Source of the DNA: Paecilomyces variotii
Taxonomy: Eukaryota
Strand: one strand, 5' to 3'
Assembly: GCA_004022145.1 (NCBI GenBank)
Contig: RCNU01000004.1
DNA length: 64,000 bases
The notes beneath the pieces were generated by a model, which did not search any database, had not been told where the DNA came from, and was given only the letters and a program-made list of their open reading frames with translations. Shown one piece after another: positions 32,868 to 45,181 of the stretch. A program made the translations under genes and the position numbers. Each line of letters starts with the position of its first letter. The first letter of the stretch is position 1.

Positions 32868-34415
32868 ATGGCGACCCCAACGACCGTGTCAACGCCGTCC
32901 TCTGCTGGATCACCACCAGCATTGGCCCCGGTGATTGCTGCGCGTCCAGCTTTGTCCATCAAGCCCGCTATCTCGGCAGCGCCCGCGACATCCCCGGCTC
33001 CGGGCACACCCGGCTCCGTAACAACGAAGGAGTGGGTAATCCCTCCACGTCCAAAGCCAGGTAGGAAGCCTGCCACGGACACACCTCCAACGAAGCGCAA
33101 GGCACAAAATCGTGCTGCGCAGCGCGCTTTTCGTGAGAGGCGCGCTGCTCGAGTCGGTGAACTCGAGGAACAGATCAAAAACATCGAAGAGGAGAACGCG
33201 AGCCGCGAGGCCAGCTTCAAGGAGCAGATTGATAACCTTTCCACCGAGGTGGAGCAGTGTCGCAATGAAATTTCATGGTGGAAAGACCGATGCCATGCCC
33301 TCGAAAAAGAAGTAGCTGTCGAGCGAAGCGCCAAGGAAACTCTGGCCAAGGAACTGAGATCATCGAGCTCAAGTAGGAGCAACGCAACTCCGGACATCGT
33401 GCCCCTACCTCCTCGCAGATCTGCTAGAAACATTCAGACAGCCCGCGAGGCTTCATCCGCCCAACCGGTCGCCTCGTCTACTGCTCAAGATGCACAGCAG
33501 GATGTTCCATCGGGTTGCAACAATTGTTCTCAGGCCCGCTGCCAGTGCATCGAAGATGCCTTCAACATAAATACCATCACAAGCGCCAATGACAGCTCCT
33601 CCCAGAAGCGTGCCCACTCGCCTTCTACCGCAGGTGGGAAGCGCCTTCGTACTGAACCGGACATCAAGACTGAGCCGGAAGAGATGGAGATTGACTTCAC
33701 CTCTCGTTTCGCAATGTCTTCTCGAGCCCAGGTAGAGGAGGAGCCTCCCGCTGCGTCGCCTCACATGGTCGATCCGTGTGGTTTCTGTCAGGACGGCACT
33801 CCTTGTATCTGTGCCGAGATGGCCGCCCAAGACCGAGAGGAGTCGCAACGTCGAGACTCTTTCGAGAATACCCGCCTGGCCCCGATTCAGAATCTGTCCC
33901 AGTTTACACCTCCACCCTCTGAGGGAGATGTCCGCTCTGAGCTCACTCTCCCGTCCATCAATCAGGCAGCAAATCCTTGTGCCAACGGACCAGGAACATG
34001 TGCTCAATGCCAGGCTGATCCACGCAGCACCCTGTTCTGTAAAACACTGGCTGCATCTCGTTCGGCAAGTGCCTCTTCAGGCTGCTGTGGAGGAAAAGGT
34101 GCGGATGGCGGATGCTGCCAGTCCCGTCCAGCTACTCGCAACAGCAGTCAGAGAACTGAGTCAATCTCTTCTCCTTCTCTGACCCTTACATGCGCAGACA
34201 CCTTCACCACCTTATCCCGGCACCCCAAATTCTCTCGTGCTACGGATGAACTAGCGGCCTGGCTGCCTAAGCTCCACACGCTACCTAACCCCCGTGATGT
34301 CGCACCCAAAGATAGGAACAGAAATGCCATCGACAATCGTCCAGCCATGGAGGTTGAAGCAGCCAGCGTGATGGGTGTTCTGAGATACTTCGATCGGAGG
34401 TTCGCGGACAAATAA
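32868..34415 (+). CDS. hapX: bZIP iron-homeostasis transcription factor HapX (515 aa)
   Basis: Hap4-like KEWVIPPRPKPGRKP, bZIP KRKAQNRAAQRAFRERR, Cys-rich regions CNNCSQARCQC, CGFCQDGTPCIC, CANGPGTCAQC, GCCGG..GGCC, and C-terminal MEVEAASVMGVLRYFDRRF. Confidence 0.97.
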   Translation: MATPTTVSTPSSAGSPPALAPVIAARPALSIKPAISAAPATSPAPGTPGSVTTKEWVIPPRPKPGRKPATDTPPTKRKAQNRAAQRAFRERRAARVGELEEQIKNIEEENASREASFKEQIDNLSTEVEQCRNEISWWKDRCHALEKEVAVERSAKETLAKELRSSSSSRSNATPDIVPLPPRRSARNIQTAREASSAQPVASSTAQDAQQDVPSGCNNCSQARCQCIEDAFNINTITSANDSSSQKRAHSPSTAGGKRLRTEPDIKTEPEEMEIDFTSRFAMSSRAQVEEEPPAASPHMVDPCGFCQDGTPCICAEMAAQDREESQRRDSFENTRLAPIQNLSQFTPPPSEGDVRSELTLPSINQAANPCANGPGTCAQCQADPRSTLFCKTLAASRSASASSGCCGGKGADGGCCQSRPATRNSSQRTESISSPSLTLTCADTFTTLSRHPKFSRATDELAAWLPKLHTLPNPRDVAPKDRNRNAIDNRPAMEVEAASVMGVLRYFDRRFADK

Positions 34416-35693
34416 TCTGCCCTCTTCGAAGAAAGCTGACGACGAAAATTACTATTAATGTTGATACCCTGCCATTCGTATGACGAGTGGCCTTTGAAGA
34501 AAAAGAAAAAGAAAAAAAAGAAAAATGCAGTTTACATCGCCGTACACTGCTAGCGTGTGCCGCTGATGATTGATCCCGCATTCTAGCGGAATCGCGCGTG
34601 GGGATGACGGAGATGGTTTCATTCAGTGGTGTCCGACCAATACTTTTCTTTTAACGGTTTCTACCTGTCTCTTATGTGCCCGCCCCTACAGCCTTGTCTC
34701 CTCGTGGCACTCGGCGGCAATCGATGTGGCTACGAACACATCAACCCCAGCACCGCCTTATATTAACCGTGGCTGCTTAGAGGAAACTGTTATCTTTCTC
34801 GGGCTGGCGTCATCGGCGTTTCTAACTGCGGGAATAAAAAAAGCGAGGAGGAATTTGCACTTAAAAGGGAACAATGTACGCGACGAGATAATGGCTTAAA
34901 TGATACCTATGGTAACAGGGAGAGAAAAAAAAAAAAGATATCAAACTAGAAAGAGCCAAACATGTCGTAGCACATGGGGGGGGAGGGGAATGGGGTAGGG
35001 AAAGCAAACTTGACATTTTTATTCTTCGGAAGCCTGGATTTTCTTTTGTATATACATACATAACCCATCCTGTGTATTATGGACACCTTTCAAGGGCTTT
35101 CTTTATGCCTTCCTTCTCTCCGGTCTAGGCTGGTTCCCTGGCGTTGATAATGATATTTTTTTTTCCCTTCTGTATACTGATCACCCCACTCGGTTATTCA
35201 TACGTTGTAAGGAACCAATTATTATTGACCTGTTGTATATGTTTTTCTGCGTAGATGCGGGTCGGATGTCTTCAGATAAGTATCTGAAGCATATATATCT
35301 GGATTCAAATAAGCTATAGTTAGTTCTCTGACTACAGAGTATCATCATAAGATGAATTCTCCAATGTTGCAGTAGGTATGGAAATCCATGGAGATTGACA
35401 GATTAATAAAGGGACAAGTCCCAGTCCCAGTATATAGTATATATACACAAGAGCATCGTTGTTTTCCTTCCGATGCTCAGATATCTTGTGCTGGGATCGA
35501 CACGTGAGATACATGGCTGCGTAAGAGAGACATAAGGGTTCAACGGAACTGTCCAACAGAACCTGCAGGAGAAGAGGAGAGTCGGACACCGAGAACGGAA
35601 ATAATAACAAAAAAAAAAAAAAAATAATAATCAGATATGGATATCAACCTGCGAAGATCATTACTCCCGCCAAACACCCGGGTTTCAGGCCGT

Positions 35694-37344
35694 CTAAAAT
35701 ACTCCACCACTAGTTCTGCCCCGCGCACCGACTGGGCTCATCCCCGATGCCGCAGTGCTTGTGACCATCTCTTCTTCGCCGCCTCCCATGGCTGCTCCGA
35801 GGAAGCCTGCTCCCCAGACGCCAGCGAGACCCCACATGCCGACTCTCCAGCCGCGATAGAGACCCTGGAGACCTTGGCCTTGCCGTCTGCGCTGGCGCGA
35901 AGGCACAGATTTGCCAAGCATCTCATGGGCCTTCTCCGTCTCAGAAGGCGAGGGACTGACTCCCTCCTCGTAGACAATGCTCCACATCGTTCCCACGACT
36001 CCACGGTAGGAGCGCGGGACGGGAACAACAGTCTCGATCTCCGAGCTTGGCTGCTTGCTGGCAGTGGCGGGTGAGGGGATCGTAGGACTGATAGGAACAC
36101 GGCCCTTCTGTTGCAAGCTTGGAGATGTAAAAGTGGCAATCTGTGCCCGACGGAGAACGGTTTCCAGGGGATACTTGATACCCAATTCGAGACAAGAGGC
36201 CAGAAAGGAGAACATGCTCCACGAGGATGGGTTAAGAACGGGATCGAGAGAGAGATATGACTTGAGGAATAGAGGCGTGCTAGTGCTCAGCAAGTTTGGA
36301 AGACTGGAGTGAAGAATGGTGATGGGGATAAGGTGAGGCGGAATCATGTAGCTCGGAGTTGGAAGCAGACGGATGGCGCGCAGCAGGGAGCGAGGGCCAT
36401 GGGTCACAGGCGTCAAGATGAGGTACGTGCGTGCAGTATCGATTGGAGAGAGAATGATGGATGAGAGTGCAGAAGAGATGAAGGACAAGATTAGAGTCGT
36501 GATGGGTGAGGCGGCCGTCAGAATGTCTGCGGTCATTGGTGATGCAATCGCTTCCTCTGGCATACCGAGGACGGCCGACAGCAGACTCCTGATGAAGGTA
36601 TTCAAAGTAGGGAGCAGCAATGAGTGAATAAAGGTCGCATTGGCACCCTTCCAGACCGACGTGGGCCCGCTTGTCGACCACAGTTGCGAAAGGACCTCCA
36701 TCAGGGACGAGGGGTTCTTGATCACCAATGCATGTCTCGGAGGAACGCCCGGGGATGGTATATAACCACTTCGATCCGTGATCCGGTGTCGAGAGCCTCG
36801 AGACCTTGGTGTAGAAGGTGCAGCACCGCCTGGAGCGGCAGACGTAAAGTAATTGCTCTCATCGTCCGATGACTGTGAATCCTGGAGAGAAAAAGGAAGA
36901 AAAAAATCAACACCCCTCATTCGTAGCAGTACACAACGGAGACATCCAGCATACCTCTTCAAAATATTGTTCTCTATAACCCTGACTGCGTCTCCGTGTC
37001 TCATCTGGCAGCGCCTGTCCGCCTTGCGCGTCGGGAACGACATAAACCTGGAGGATGGTCTTCGCCACGTCGAATGGCTGGGCCATCAACACGCTGGTGT
37101 ATCTCCATACTGCACGGTCGAGGACCTCTCGGACCCAATCTGATACAGAGGGCGATGCCTCCAAGTAATCCGAGTAGTCTAAATCGGACAAGAGGTCTCG
37201 TGCGGAGCTGCCGAAAGCTTTGGTCGATGCAGACGCGGCGTCAAGCGGTGCAGAAGCGTTGGAAGTCGGGCCAGGAGACAGCCCAATCTGGGGAGGGACA
37301 TAGTACGGACGCAGGGGATTTACCCCTTCCCGCGAGGAGCTCAT
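35694..37344 (-). CDS. ugo1: Mitochondrial outer-membrane fusion protein Ugo1
   Basis: MSSSREGVNPLRPYY start; carrier-like motifs QPFDVAKTILQ, SPIDTARTYL, YPLETVLRRAQ, GLYRGWRVGMW. One intron 36954-36882. Confidence 0.9.
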
Positions 37345-37659
37345 GATGACCAGCAGAGCCTCAGCAGAAGATGGAGAGACGCAGGATGGTGAGTCGGACT
37401 GGCGGATTCGGGGAATGGAAAGCTCGGAGTTGGCGTGGAAGGCCGAGCGATGATGCAGTAGCAAAATAACTTAGCAAAATAAGATCCGCCCGGCGCTTTT
37501 TTGCCAACTGCAGAAAGTCGAGTCAACCAGTCGCTGTTCTCGCATTTCTCGCGCCTCAATCTCTCCCCTCCCCCACAACCGACTTCTCCGCTGCTCTTGA
37601 CCGGTTCTCCAGCTTGTGGCTTCCAATTGTGTTTTTCTTTTAAGAAAAAAGAAACAACA

Positions 37660-38422
37660 ATGCCGTTGTGGAAAGAGGCGTCGCTGCAGCTGCGCTACGC
37701 AGCGTCCAAGGCCGCCGCTGGAGATCGGATATGCCTTGCCCAGTCGAAGAGATTCCTCACCAACTCGGTCACTCGACGAGGTTTGCAGAATGCAGACCGA
37801 AATATCAGCAGCAGGCGATCCATTCACGTTTGGAACGGACTGAGGAATCACGGTCAAGCACACAACACTGCCCTGGCGCGACGACATTTCTCCGCCACTG
37901 CAGGGCAAGCTCATGGCCATATTACACCACCGAAGCCTGGAGAGGAGTAAGTATACCGGATTAACAAAAGACAGTGCAGTCTTTCTGATCGACTGTTAGG
38001 ATCAACGTTTCCTTTATCGACAAGGACGGTCAGAAGCACGACTTCCAGGTGTCTGAAGGTGACAACCTGCTAGATATTGCCCAGGCAAATGATCTGGAGA
38101 TGGAAGGTGAGGAAACAATCTTGTCTCATAAATATCGAATGATCATGGCCATTGCTGACGTCGTATTTCATCAGGTGCTTGCGGAGGCTCCTGTGCCTGC
38201 TCAACCTGCCATGTCATTGTCGAGGACCCGGATATGTACGATAAGATGCCTGAGCCGGATGATGATGAGAACGACATGCTGGATCTTGCATTTGGATTGA
38301 CGGAGACTTCCCGCTTGGGTTGTCAGGTGGTAATGAACAAGGAGCTGGACGGATTAGTTGTCCGGCTTCCTACCATGACCCGAAACTTGCAGGCAAGCGA
38401 TTTCGAGGACAAGAAGAAGTAG
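37660..38422 (+). CDS. yah1: Mitochondrial 2Fe-2S ferredoxin (adrenodoxin-type, Yah1)
   Basis: Arg-rich presequence; EGACGGSCACSTCH, DDENDMLDLAFGLTETSRLGCQ. Introns 37947-37999 and 38107-38174. Confidence 0.95.
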
Positions 38423-38635
38423 CGTATGGTTGATTGTCTTGACCATGACAGCTGCCGCCGTCAAATTGTATTGTAGATAGATATATATAATTACCAGGAA
38501 AATGTGTTTACAGGCAACGATTAACGGCAGATGGGTGTAACTTTTGATTCAAATGAGCACAGAAGAAACATATATAAGATCAAGCCCTCCACCAACGCCA
38601 GACATGCCGGGGAAATAATTTGAGGTATTACATCC

Positions 38636-39532
38636 TCAGGCCTCTTCGATATTTAACCCTTTGCCTTTCTTCCCGTTGATCAGCTCCAGGAATCCCTGTT
38701 TGCTCACTTCGTTAACCGCCTTCTCCCTCTCGCCCACGCCTATAGTTCCTTTCTGCCTCTCTGCACGAGCGGCCTCTTCTCCACGGACTTGTGCAGCTCT
38801 CACAGCATTAAACAACTTCACCACACCGCGCTGGGCGATCTTCCTGAGCCGTCTCTCCTCTTCTGCTGTCTCACCAGCTTCGCCTCTCTCGACACCCAGC
38901 ACATCCCGTACACGGCCTCGGTCGAGGATCTCCTTCTTTTCCGCACGAAGCTTGGCGCGCGCGCGTTGCTCAAGCTTCTCGTTCGAAAGTTCTGCAGCTG
39001 TCTGCGTGGCGGTTCTGCTGCGAGAAAGCACTGGATCAGCGCGGACGGAGCTCGGCAGTTTGGTGGACAAAATCTTGGAAATAGAGGTCGAGAAAGCAGT
39101 GGGATCGTTGCGTTTGGAGGTCTGTCGTTTCTTCCGAGAACCATCGTTATTTTGAGAGCCAGCGTCGGAATCGTCTTCGTCAGAAGATGCCTCTGCATCT
39201 GAAAATTCGTCGTTTTCCTCGATCTCATCCTCATCCTCATCCTCATCACTCGAACCACTTGCGCTGCCTTCGTCTGACTTTGAGGCATTCTCGCCCAATG
39301 ACTTCGGTGTTTGCGTAGGCTTCGCAGCTTTCTGGCTCTTTGCCGCCTTCTCCTCCTTCAATGGGCTTTCACCTTCGACATCAGAATCTGCGAGGTCCAC
39401 CGGCTGAAAGTCGCCCTCATCTTCATCCTCCGAACTGCTGTGGTATGCGGCTTGCTTCTTGAACTTCTTTTTCGGTCTGGCGGTTTTCAAGCTGTCCAGG
39501 ACCTTGCGCTTCTTGAGAACTGCAGGCGCCAT
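38636..39532 (-). CDS. rrp15: Ribosome biogenesis protein Rrp15
   Basis: Basic/acidic N-terminus, AFSTSISKILS, DPVLSRS, EERRLRKIAQRGVVKLFNAVRAAQ, SKQGFLELI. Confidence 0.9.
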   Translation of the reverse strand: MAPAVLKKRKVLDSLKTARPKKKFKKQAAYHSSSEDEDEGDFQPVDLADSDVEGESPLKEEKAAKSQKAAKPTQTPKSLGENASKSDEGSASGSSDEDEDEDEIEENDEFSDAEASSDEDDSDAGSQNNDGSRKKRQTSKRNDPTAFSTSISKILSTKLPSSVRADPVLSRSRTATQTAAELSNEKLEQRARAKLRAEKKEILDRGRVRDVLGVERGEAGETAEEERRLRKIAQRGVVKLFNAVRAAQVRGEEAARAERQKGTIGVGEREKAVNEVSKQGFLELINGKKGKGLNIEEA

Positions 39533-39848
39533 TGTGGATCTGAGCGAATAGGTTGTGCTGATAGTTGAGGATCGCTGGTGGTCTTGATATTTTTCTGCCG
39601 CGATAAAGTACGGGTTGAGACTTTTTGGGCGAGCAGAAGCGCTGACGGCTCCGGTTGGCTGCAGCTTCCTCCGCGAAACATCTCGGTCAAGCCACATCCC
39701 ACGTTGCGAAGGCGATTCAACTTGATTCCTGTCAGACGCCCTTCCGTTCCACTGAGATACCCATCTTTTTGCATATATTAATCGAGGACACGCTTCCGTC
39801 CTGTCTTATTCTTTTTTAATTGTCCGGGTTCCTTGATACTCCTTCAAT

Positions 39849-41496
39849 ATGGTCCTCCAGGATCTGGGGCGGCGAATCAACGCCGCTGTCGGCGATCTGA
39901 CACGGTCGAATAATCTCGATGAGAAGGTAACTCACTGAGAATTAGATTCTTTGCATGTGGACTGACGGGAAATCTTCCCAGGCATTTGATGATATGCTTA
40001 AAGAGATTTGCGCCGCCCTCCTCTCCGCAGACGTCAATGTCAAACTCGTCCAGAGTCTCCGCAAACAGATCAAAGCCAGCGTCAACTTCTCGTCCCTCCC
40101 TTCTGCAGTGAACAAGAAGCGATTAATCCAGAAGACCGTCTTTGATCAGCTCGTCACTTTGGTCGATCCTCATGCTGAGCCGTTCCGCCCCAAGAAGGGA
40201 CGGCCAAATGTGATCATGTTCGTGGGTCTACAAGGTGCGGGAAAGACGACAACATGTACGAAGCTAGCAAGGCATTATCAGACTCGAGGGTTCAAGACGG
40301 CCCTCGTTTGCGCTGATACCTTCCGTGCCGGTGCTTTCGATCAACTGAAGCAGAACGCTACGAAAGCGAAGATCCCATACTACGGTAGCTTGACACAGAC
40401 GGACCCCGCCATTGTTGCGGCGGAGGGTGTTGCGAAGTTCAAGAAGGAGCGCTTTGAGATTATTATCGTGGATACCAGTGGTCGTCATAAGCAGGAGGAA
40501 GATCTCTTCACGGAAATGACTCAGATCCAAACCGCTATTACCCCAGACCAGACGATCCTCGTCATGGACGGCTCGATCGGTCAGGCTGCGGAAGCGCAAG
40601 CATCAGCTTTCAAGGCTACTGCTGATTTTGGAGCAATCATTATCACGAAGACTGACGGCAATGCCGCTGGAGGTGGTGCTATCTCTGCAGTCGCAGCTAC
40701 GCATACACCTATCATCTTCTTGGGTACCGGTGAGCACATGATGGATCTGGAACGCTTCGAGCCGAAGGCCTTCATCCAGAAGCTCCTGGGCATGGGTGAC
40801 ATCGCTGGATTAGTTGAGCATGTGCAGGCCGTCACAAAGGACTCTGCCACAGCCAAGGAAACATATAAACACATCACTGAGGGTATCTACACGGTTCGTG
40901 ATTTCCGCGAGAACATTACTTCGATCATGAAGATGGGTCCTCTGTCCAAGTTGTCTGGCATGATCCCCGGTTTGTCGAATTTGACTGCTGGTCTCGATGA
41001 TGAAGACGGCTCTCTCAAGCTCCGTCGTATGATCTACCTCTTTGACAGCATGACAGCTGCGGAGCTCGACAGCGATGGCAAGATCTTCGTCGAGCAGCCT
41101 TCTCGCATCGTCCGCATAGCTTGTGGTAGCGGAACGACGGTGCGCGAGGTCGAGGATCTTCTTTCGCAGCACCGCATGATGGCCGGCATGGCCAAAAAGG
41201 TCGGCGGACAGAAGAAGCAGATGCAGCGCGCACAGAACATGCTCAAGGGCGGAAACAAGGAACAGCAGATGGCTGCGATGCAGAAGCGCATGGCCGCCAT
41301 GGGCGGCGCGGGTGGCATGCCCGGTATGGGTGGACTGGGTGGAATGGGCGACATATCCAAGATGATGCAGATGTTGCAAGGTCAGGGCGGCGGCGGCATG
41401 CCTGGACTGGGCGGGATGGACTTGCAGAGCATGATGAGCCAAATGAGTGGCTTGATGGGTGGTGGTGGCGGCGGTGGAAGAGGAGGACGACGGTAG
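39849..41496 (+). CDS. srp54: Signal recognition particle 54-kDa subunit
   Basis: [11 protein letters not shown] start, intron 39927-39981; [31 protein letters not shown] GTPase motifs; Met-rich M domain. Confidence 0.97.
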
Positions 41497-41911
41497 ACGA
41501 CAACGAAGCTTCCTCAGTCATCTTTTCTCTTCTGCTCCAATTCTCTACCCGTGTCAATTGCGGCCATGTCGTTAACCCTTTTCACGATGCATGTCTTCGG
41601 CGTTTCTGGTGTTCCACACGATGGCTTCAAGCCAACCTATCTCTATATTTGTATACTGTAACCTGCTAAAATAGTACCCACTTTCGGACAATTTTCTCTA
41701 GTGACTTTTCGTGCTCAACTCTATTCTAGTATATGATGAATTCTCTGCATATGCTATCGAATATAACGTCACAAGTATTACTATCGGCCTGAGTTGGGAG
41801 TAGAACAAGACAAAAAGGGAAAAAAAAGAGAAAAAGAGAAAAGGGGTTCAAAAAGGCAGAATAGGATAGGAAATCCCATGTAGTTTCGCCCATTGCACAA
41901 ATGGAAAATTA

Positions 41912-44056
41912 TCAATCAACGCGTTCTGCTTTCCGCTCCTTTTCAAGAAAACTCCACCACTTCTCTCGAACATTATCTCTCAACCAGCCTAGATGCTCCT
42001 CAAATCGACCAACAGCTTCTTGTAGACCCCATCCCGAAGACACCGTGTTGTCAAGGAGGACTCTTCCCGGCGGGAGCTTGAGAGGCGCGTATCCTGGAGG
42101 ATAGAGCGGGACGGCAAGTCGGTACTTCCAGACAACCTCCCCGTCAACATAGAGAGAGTATGTGAGGACCGAACTGGGTGTGGGAGGACTGGTTGGGTCG
42201 TCCAGGTTGGGGTTCTCCTCGTCGTAAATATCGATGTCGATCAGGCCGAATTTGCTGTTTCCATTCGGAACGTATTTCACGGTCACGTCCTCGTCGTCTG
42301 TTTGATAATATGTCCTGATGGGGAGGTAGAACATGCTTAATGGGCCGACACTGAATTCGTGTAGGCCGTCACCAGCTGTGTCAGGGAGGAGGTCATCGGG
42401 TCTTAAGTTCAATGAAGGGTCGGGGAAGCGCGTGGCACCGAATTCATGCCTATCACCGCTGAGAAGGACGATGCGCACCCCGAGTTCACGCTCCGCGCGC
42501 CACATAGCCTCGAACACGATACGTCGCTCGTTCAAGAATCCGCCCCAGGTGTCGGTCGTGCCGACGTGCCAGTTCTTCGTGAACGGCACACTGGAAGCTA
42601 CGATCTTCCATTTCACGTCTGCAGGTTCTGGACGCGCGAGGTAGGCCAGCAGTGACTGCAGTTGGGCAGAGCCGAGAATGGTGGAGTTTGGCTGGGCCGG
42701 TTCAGAGCGATAGGTGCGCGTATCGAGCATAAAGAAGGATGCGGGTCCTTGGATAAACGAGAAGTATGTGGTATTTTCAGGGGCGGCGAAAGGGGATGGT
42801 GGAATCGGCGGATTGACGCTGACATGGTAATGAGCATACGGCTCTGCAGCTGCCGGATACGGTGGTGTCGTGTTTCCCTTGGACCAGTCGTTTGAAATTT
42901 CGTGATCATCCAGAATATGTAGCCAGGGTAAATCGATAGCTGGACTTTCCTCGGGGACATTCCAGGAAGGAGACTTGTACACACGACGGTACTCGCTTCT
43001 GTAGTGCGACTGAGAAGATCCGAACCGCATGGGAACATCGATATAGATGAAGTCCCCTAGAAATAGCATGAAAGAAGGCCGGATAATGGACGGTAGTTTG
43101 GAAACAACCTCAGCGGCATACTCAATGCCAGGGATGCGCAGAGGATGTGAGAATGGGTTGTACGGGAAATTCGGCTTGATACAACTCGACGTGAGGAAGC
43201 TTAACCTGCTTGCTGCCCGCGATCCTGGTGTGGGAGCGGTGATAAAGGTGCCAGTTTTGTTGTTCGACAGGGAGTATCGGTATTGCGTGGATGGTTTTAG
43301 ATTCTTCAGTGTAACTGGATACGTGTAGTCGGTGGTGTCGTCCAGCGCGTAGATGATGCCCTCCTGTGTCCAGCTCTCGTTCGGCTGCATAGATGCTTCC
43401 TGGTGGTACACCACCAAGGGAAGCTGTGCACGATCTGGCTCCCGCACCAGCAACTTTGCAGTCGTCGGGGAGACATATCCAATGCGAGAAAACGCGAGAC
43501 TACTAGTCGGGTAGAAGATCATACCACGGAAGAGAAAGTCAAATGTCAACAACGCCAACAGTACATTGACTCCTGCCGTAACCAGAGTGGATAGTCTCGA
43601 TTTGCGGGAGGGAAGTCCAGTCAACAAGGTCTTCAGAAGGGAGCTGAACGACTCGTCCTCTCTGGAGGACTTGACTCTTCTTTGAAATTCATCAATTGCG
43701 GAGGACTTGGATTCATCTGCACTGTCTGTCAATCACGAGATCCCTATTTGGTCAGACCATCTAGAAGCAGATATGATAGCTACCTTTGACTTTCTGAGTC
43801 TTGCTCGTTGACGTCTCGCCATCTGCGGGCTGCGCAAGCAGAGCTCTCAGCGACGTCAAGTAGACTGCCAAGGACGTGAAAATAACACTTGGTATCACGC
43901 TTCCGGGGATCTTCGCATCCAGTATTAGCTGGGCGAACACACAACAACCACAGATTCATCCAAAACGATAATACGTACCCATCGAAGGAAGAAGAAAGTA
44001 GCTAGTCTAAGGATCGCGGAGCTTGTCGCGGCCGCGACCTCCAGCAGCGACGCCAT
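41912..44056 (-). CDS. PhoD-type alkaline phosphatase family protein with N-terminal membrane segments
   Basis: FLGDFIYID, DDHEISNDW, LDTRTYRS, DTWGGF, LSGDRH. 5' exons 44056-43979 and 43910-43784 splice in frame to 43725-41912. Confidence 0.88.
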
Positions 44057-45181
44057 GGTCGTCTAGTCGAGAATGAATTGGTGCCTTTGTTTGCCTCTCT
44101 ATGACCAGCCAGAGAGAATCATTGCATCAACATTGACAGCTACCAGAGCTTGTTATTTGCTTTTCTAATTCTTCTTGTTCTTCTGCTTCCTCCTCTAGAG
44201 TGGCCGACAAAGATGGAATGCGGCGGGAGTTGACGATGATCCCCTTGGTTTGTTTTTGGGAAAGGCGGTTACTTATGACGACATGCATCGCTTTCTCGGG
44301 ACAAGAAGCCAATTCTTCAACAATAACATAACAATGCAATTATCATACTGGCCTATTGTATACTGAATAGCCACTACTCGATCTGGTAATTAATTAAACC
44401 AGCTGATTGGGGATCTGGAGAAGCACTACTTAGCTCGTTTGTGACAATACAATTATTACATGCATGCATCCATGCCAGATTCCAAACAATCCATTGATCC
44501 TAGCGCTATTTCTAATCGTTTCTTCCCCCATTTCCCGAACACCACAGCGGCACAGCCATAGACCTCCTGGTTCTTTTGTTATGCGCCGCCATACGGTTAA
44601 TATAGCTCAATAAGCTCATGTCCACTCCCTGTTCCTCTCTTTACAAATGTCATTTTGTTATGTTTTAGCCCGCATAATCATAAAATCCAGATATCTACAG
44701 CGATATTCCATGTGGTTTGGGCGGTGAGGGAAGAATTCTCAACTGTTCACTGCTAGTGAAGTATTATTATTACTACAGTAGTTAATTAACTAACTACTAC
44801 ATACTACAGAGTACTAAGAGCCCAGTTGCTGTCCGATTGATTAGTTACTACTCCACATGATAGCTACTTCGAGTTGGACCTCTAACTGCCTCCACCTCGA
44901 ATCTTAAGAGCTTTAGCTACATAAGCTAGTCTATCACCACTTCTACATCCGGCTATTTACTTGTCACCGTTGCCAATGGGAAATCAATTCTGATTCCGCG
45001 CGCACCCCCACTACAACCTGCTTCGCAGTATCTTCCCCTCTACACAATATGAAAACAAAGAGTACGTCTCGATGTGCCGATCATGCTGGAGCTATAAGTC
45101 CGTGAGACCCGACACACTGGTGGGTGCCCAGACTTTTCAAAAAGCAAATTTCATGGAGAGAGCAGCGTCGACCATTTCACG

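Noticed and set aside
40264-41557. Long antisense ORFs over srp54 (also over hapX, hydantoinase, snaD-like)
   Set aside because: Expected from codon bias of the sense gene; no independent motifs.
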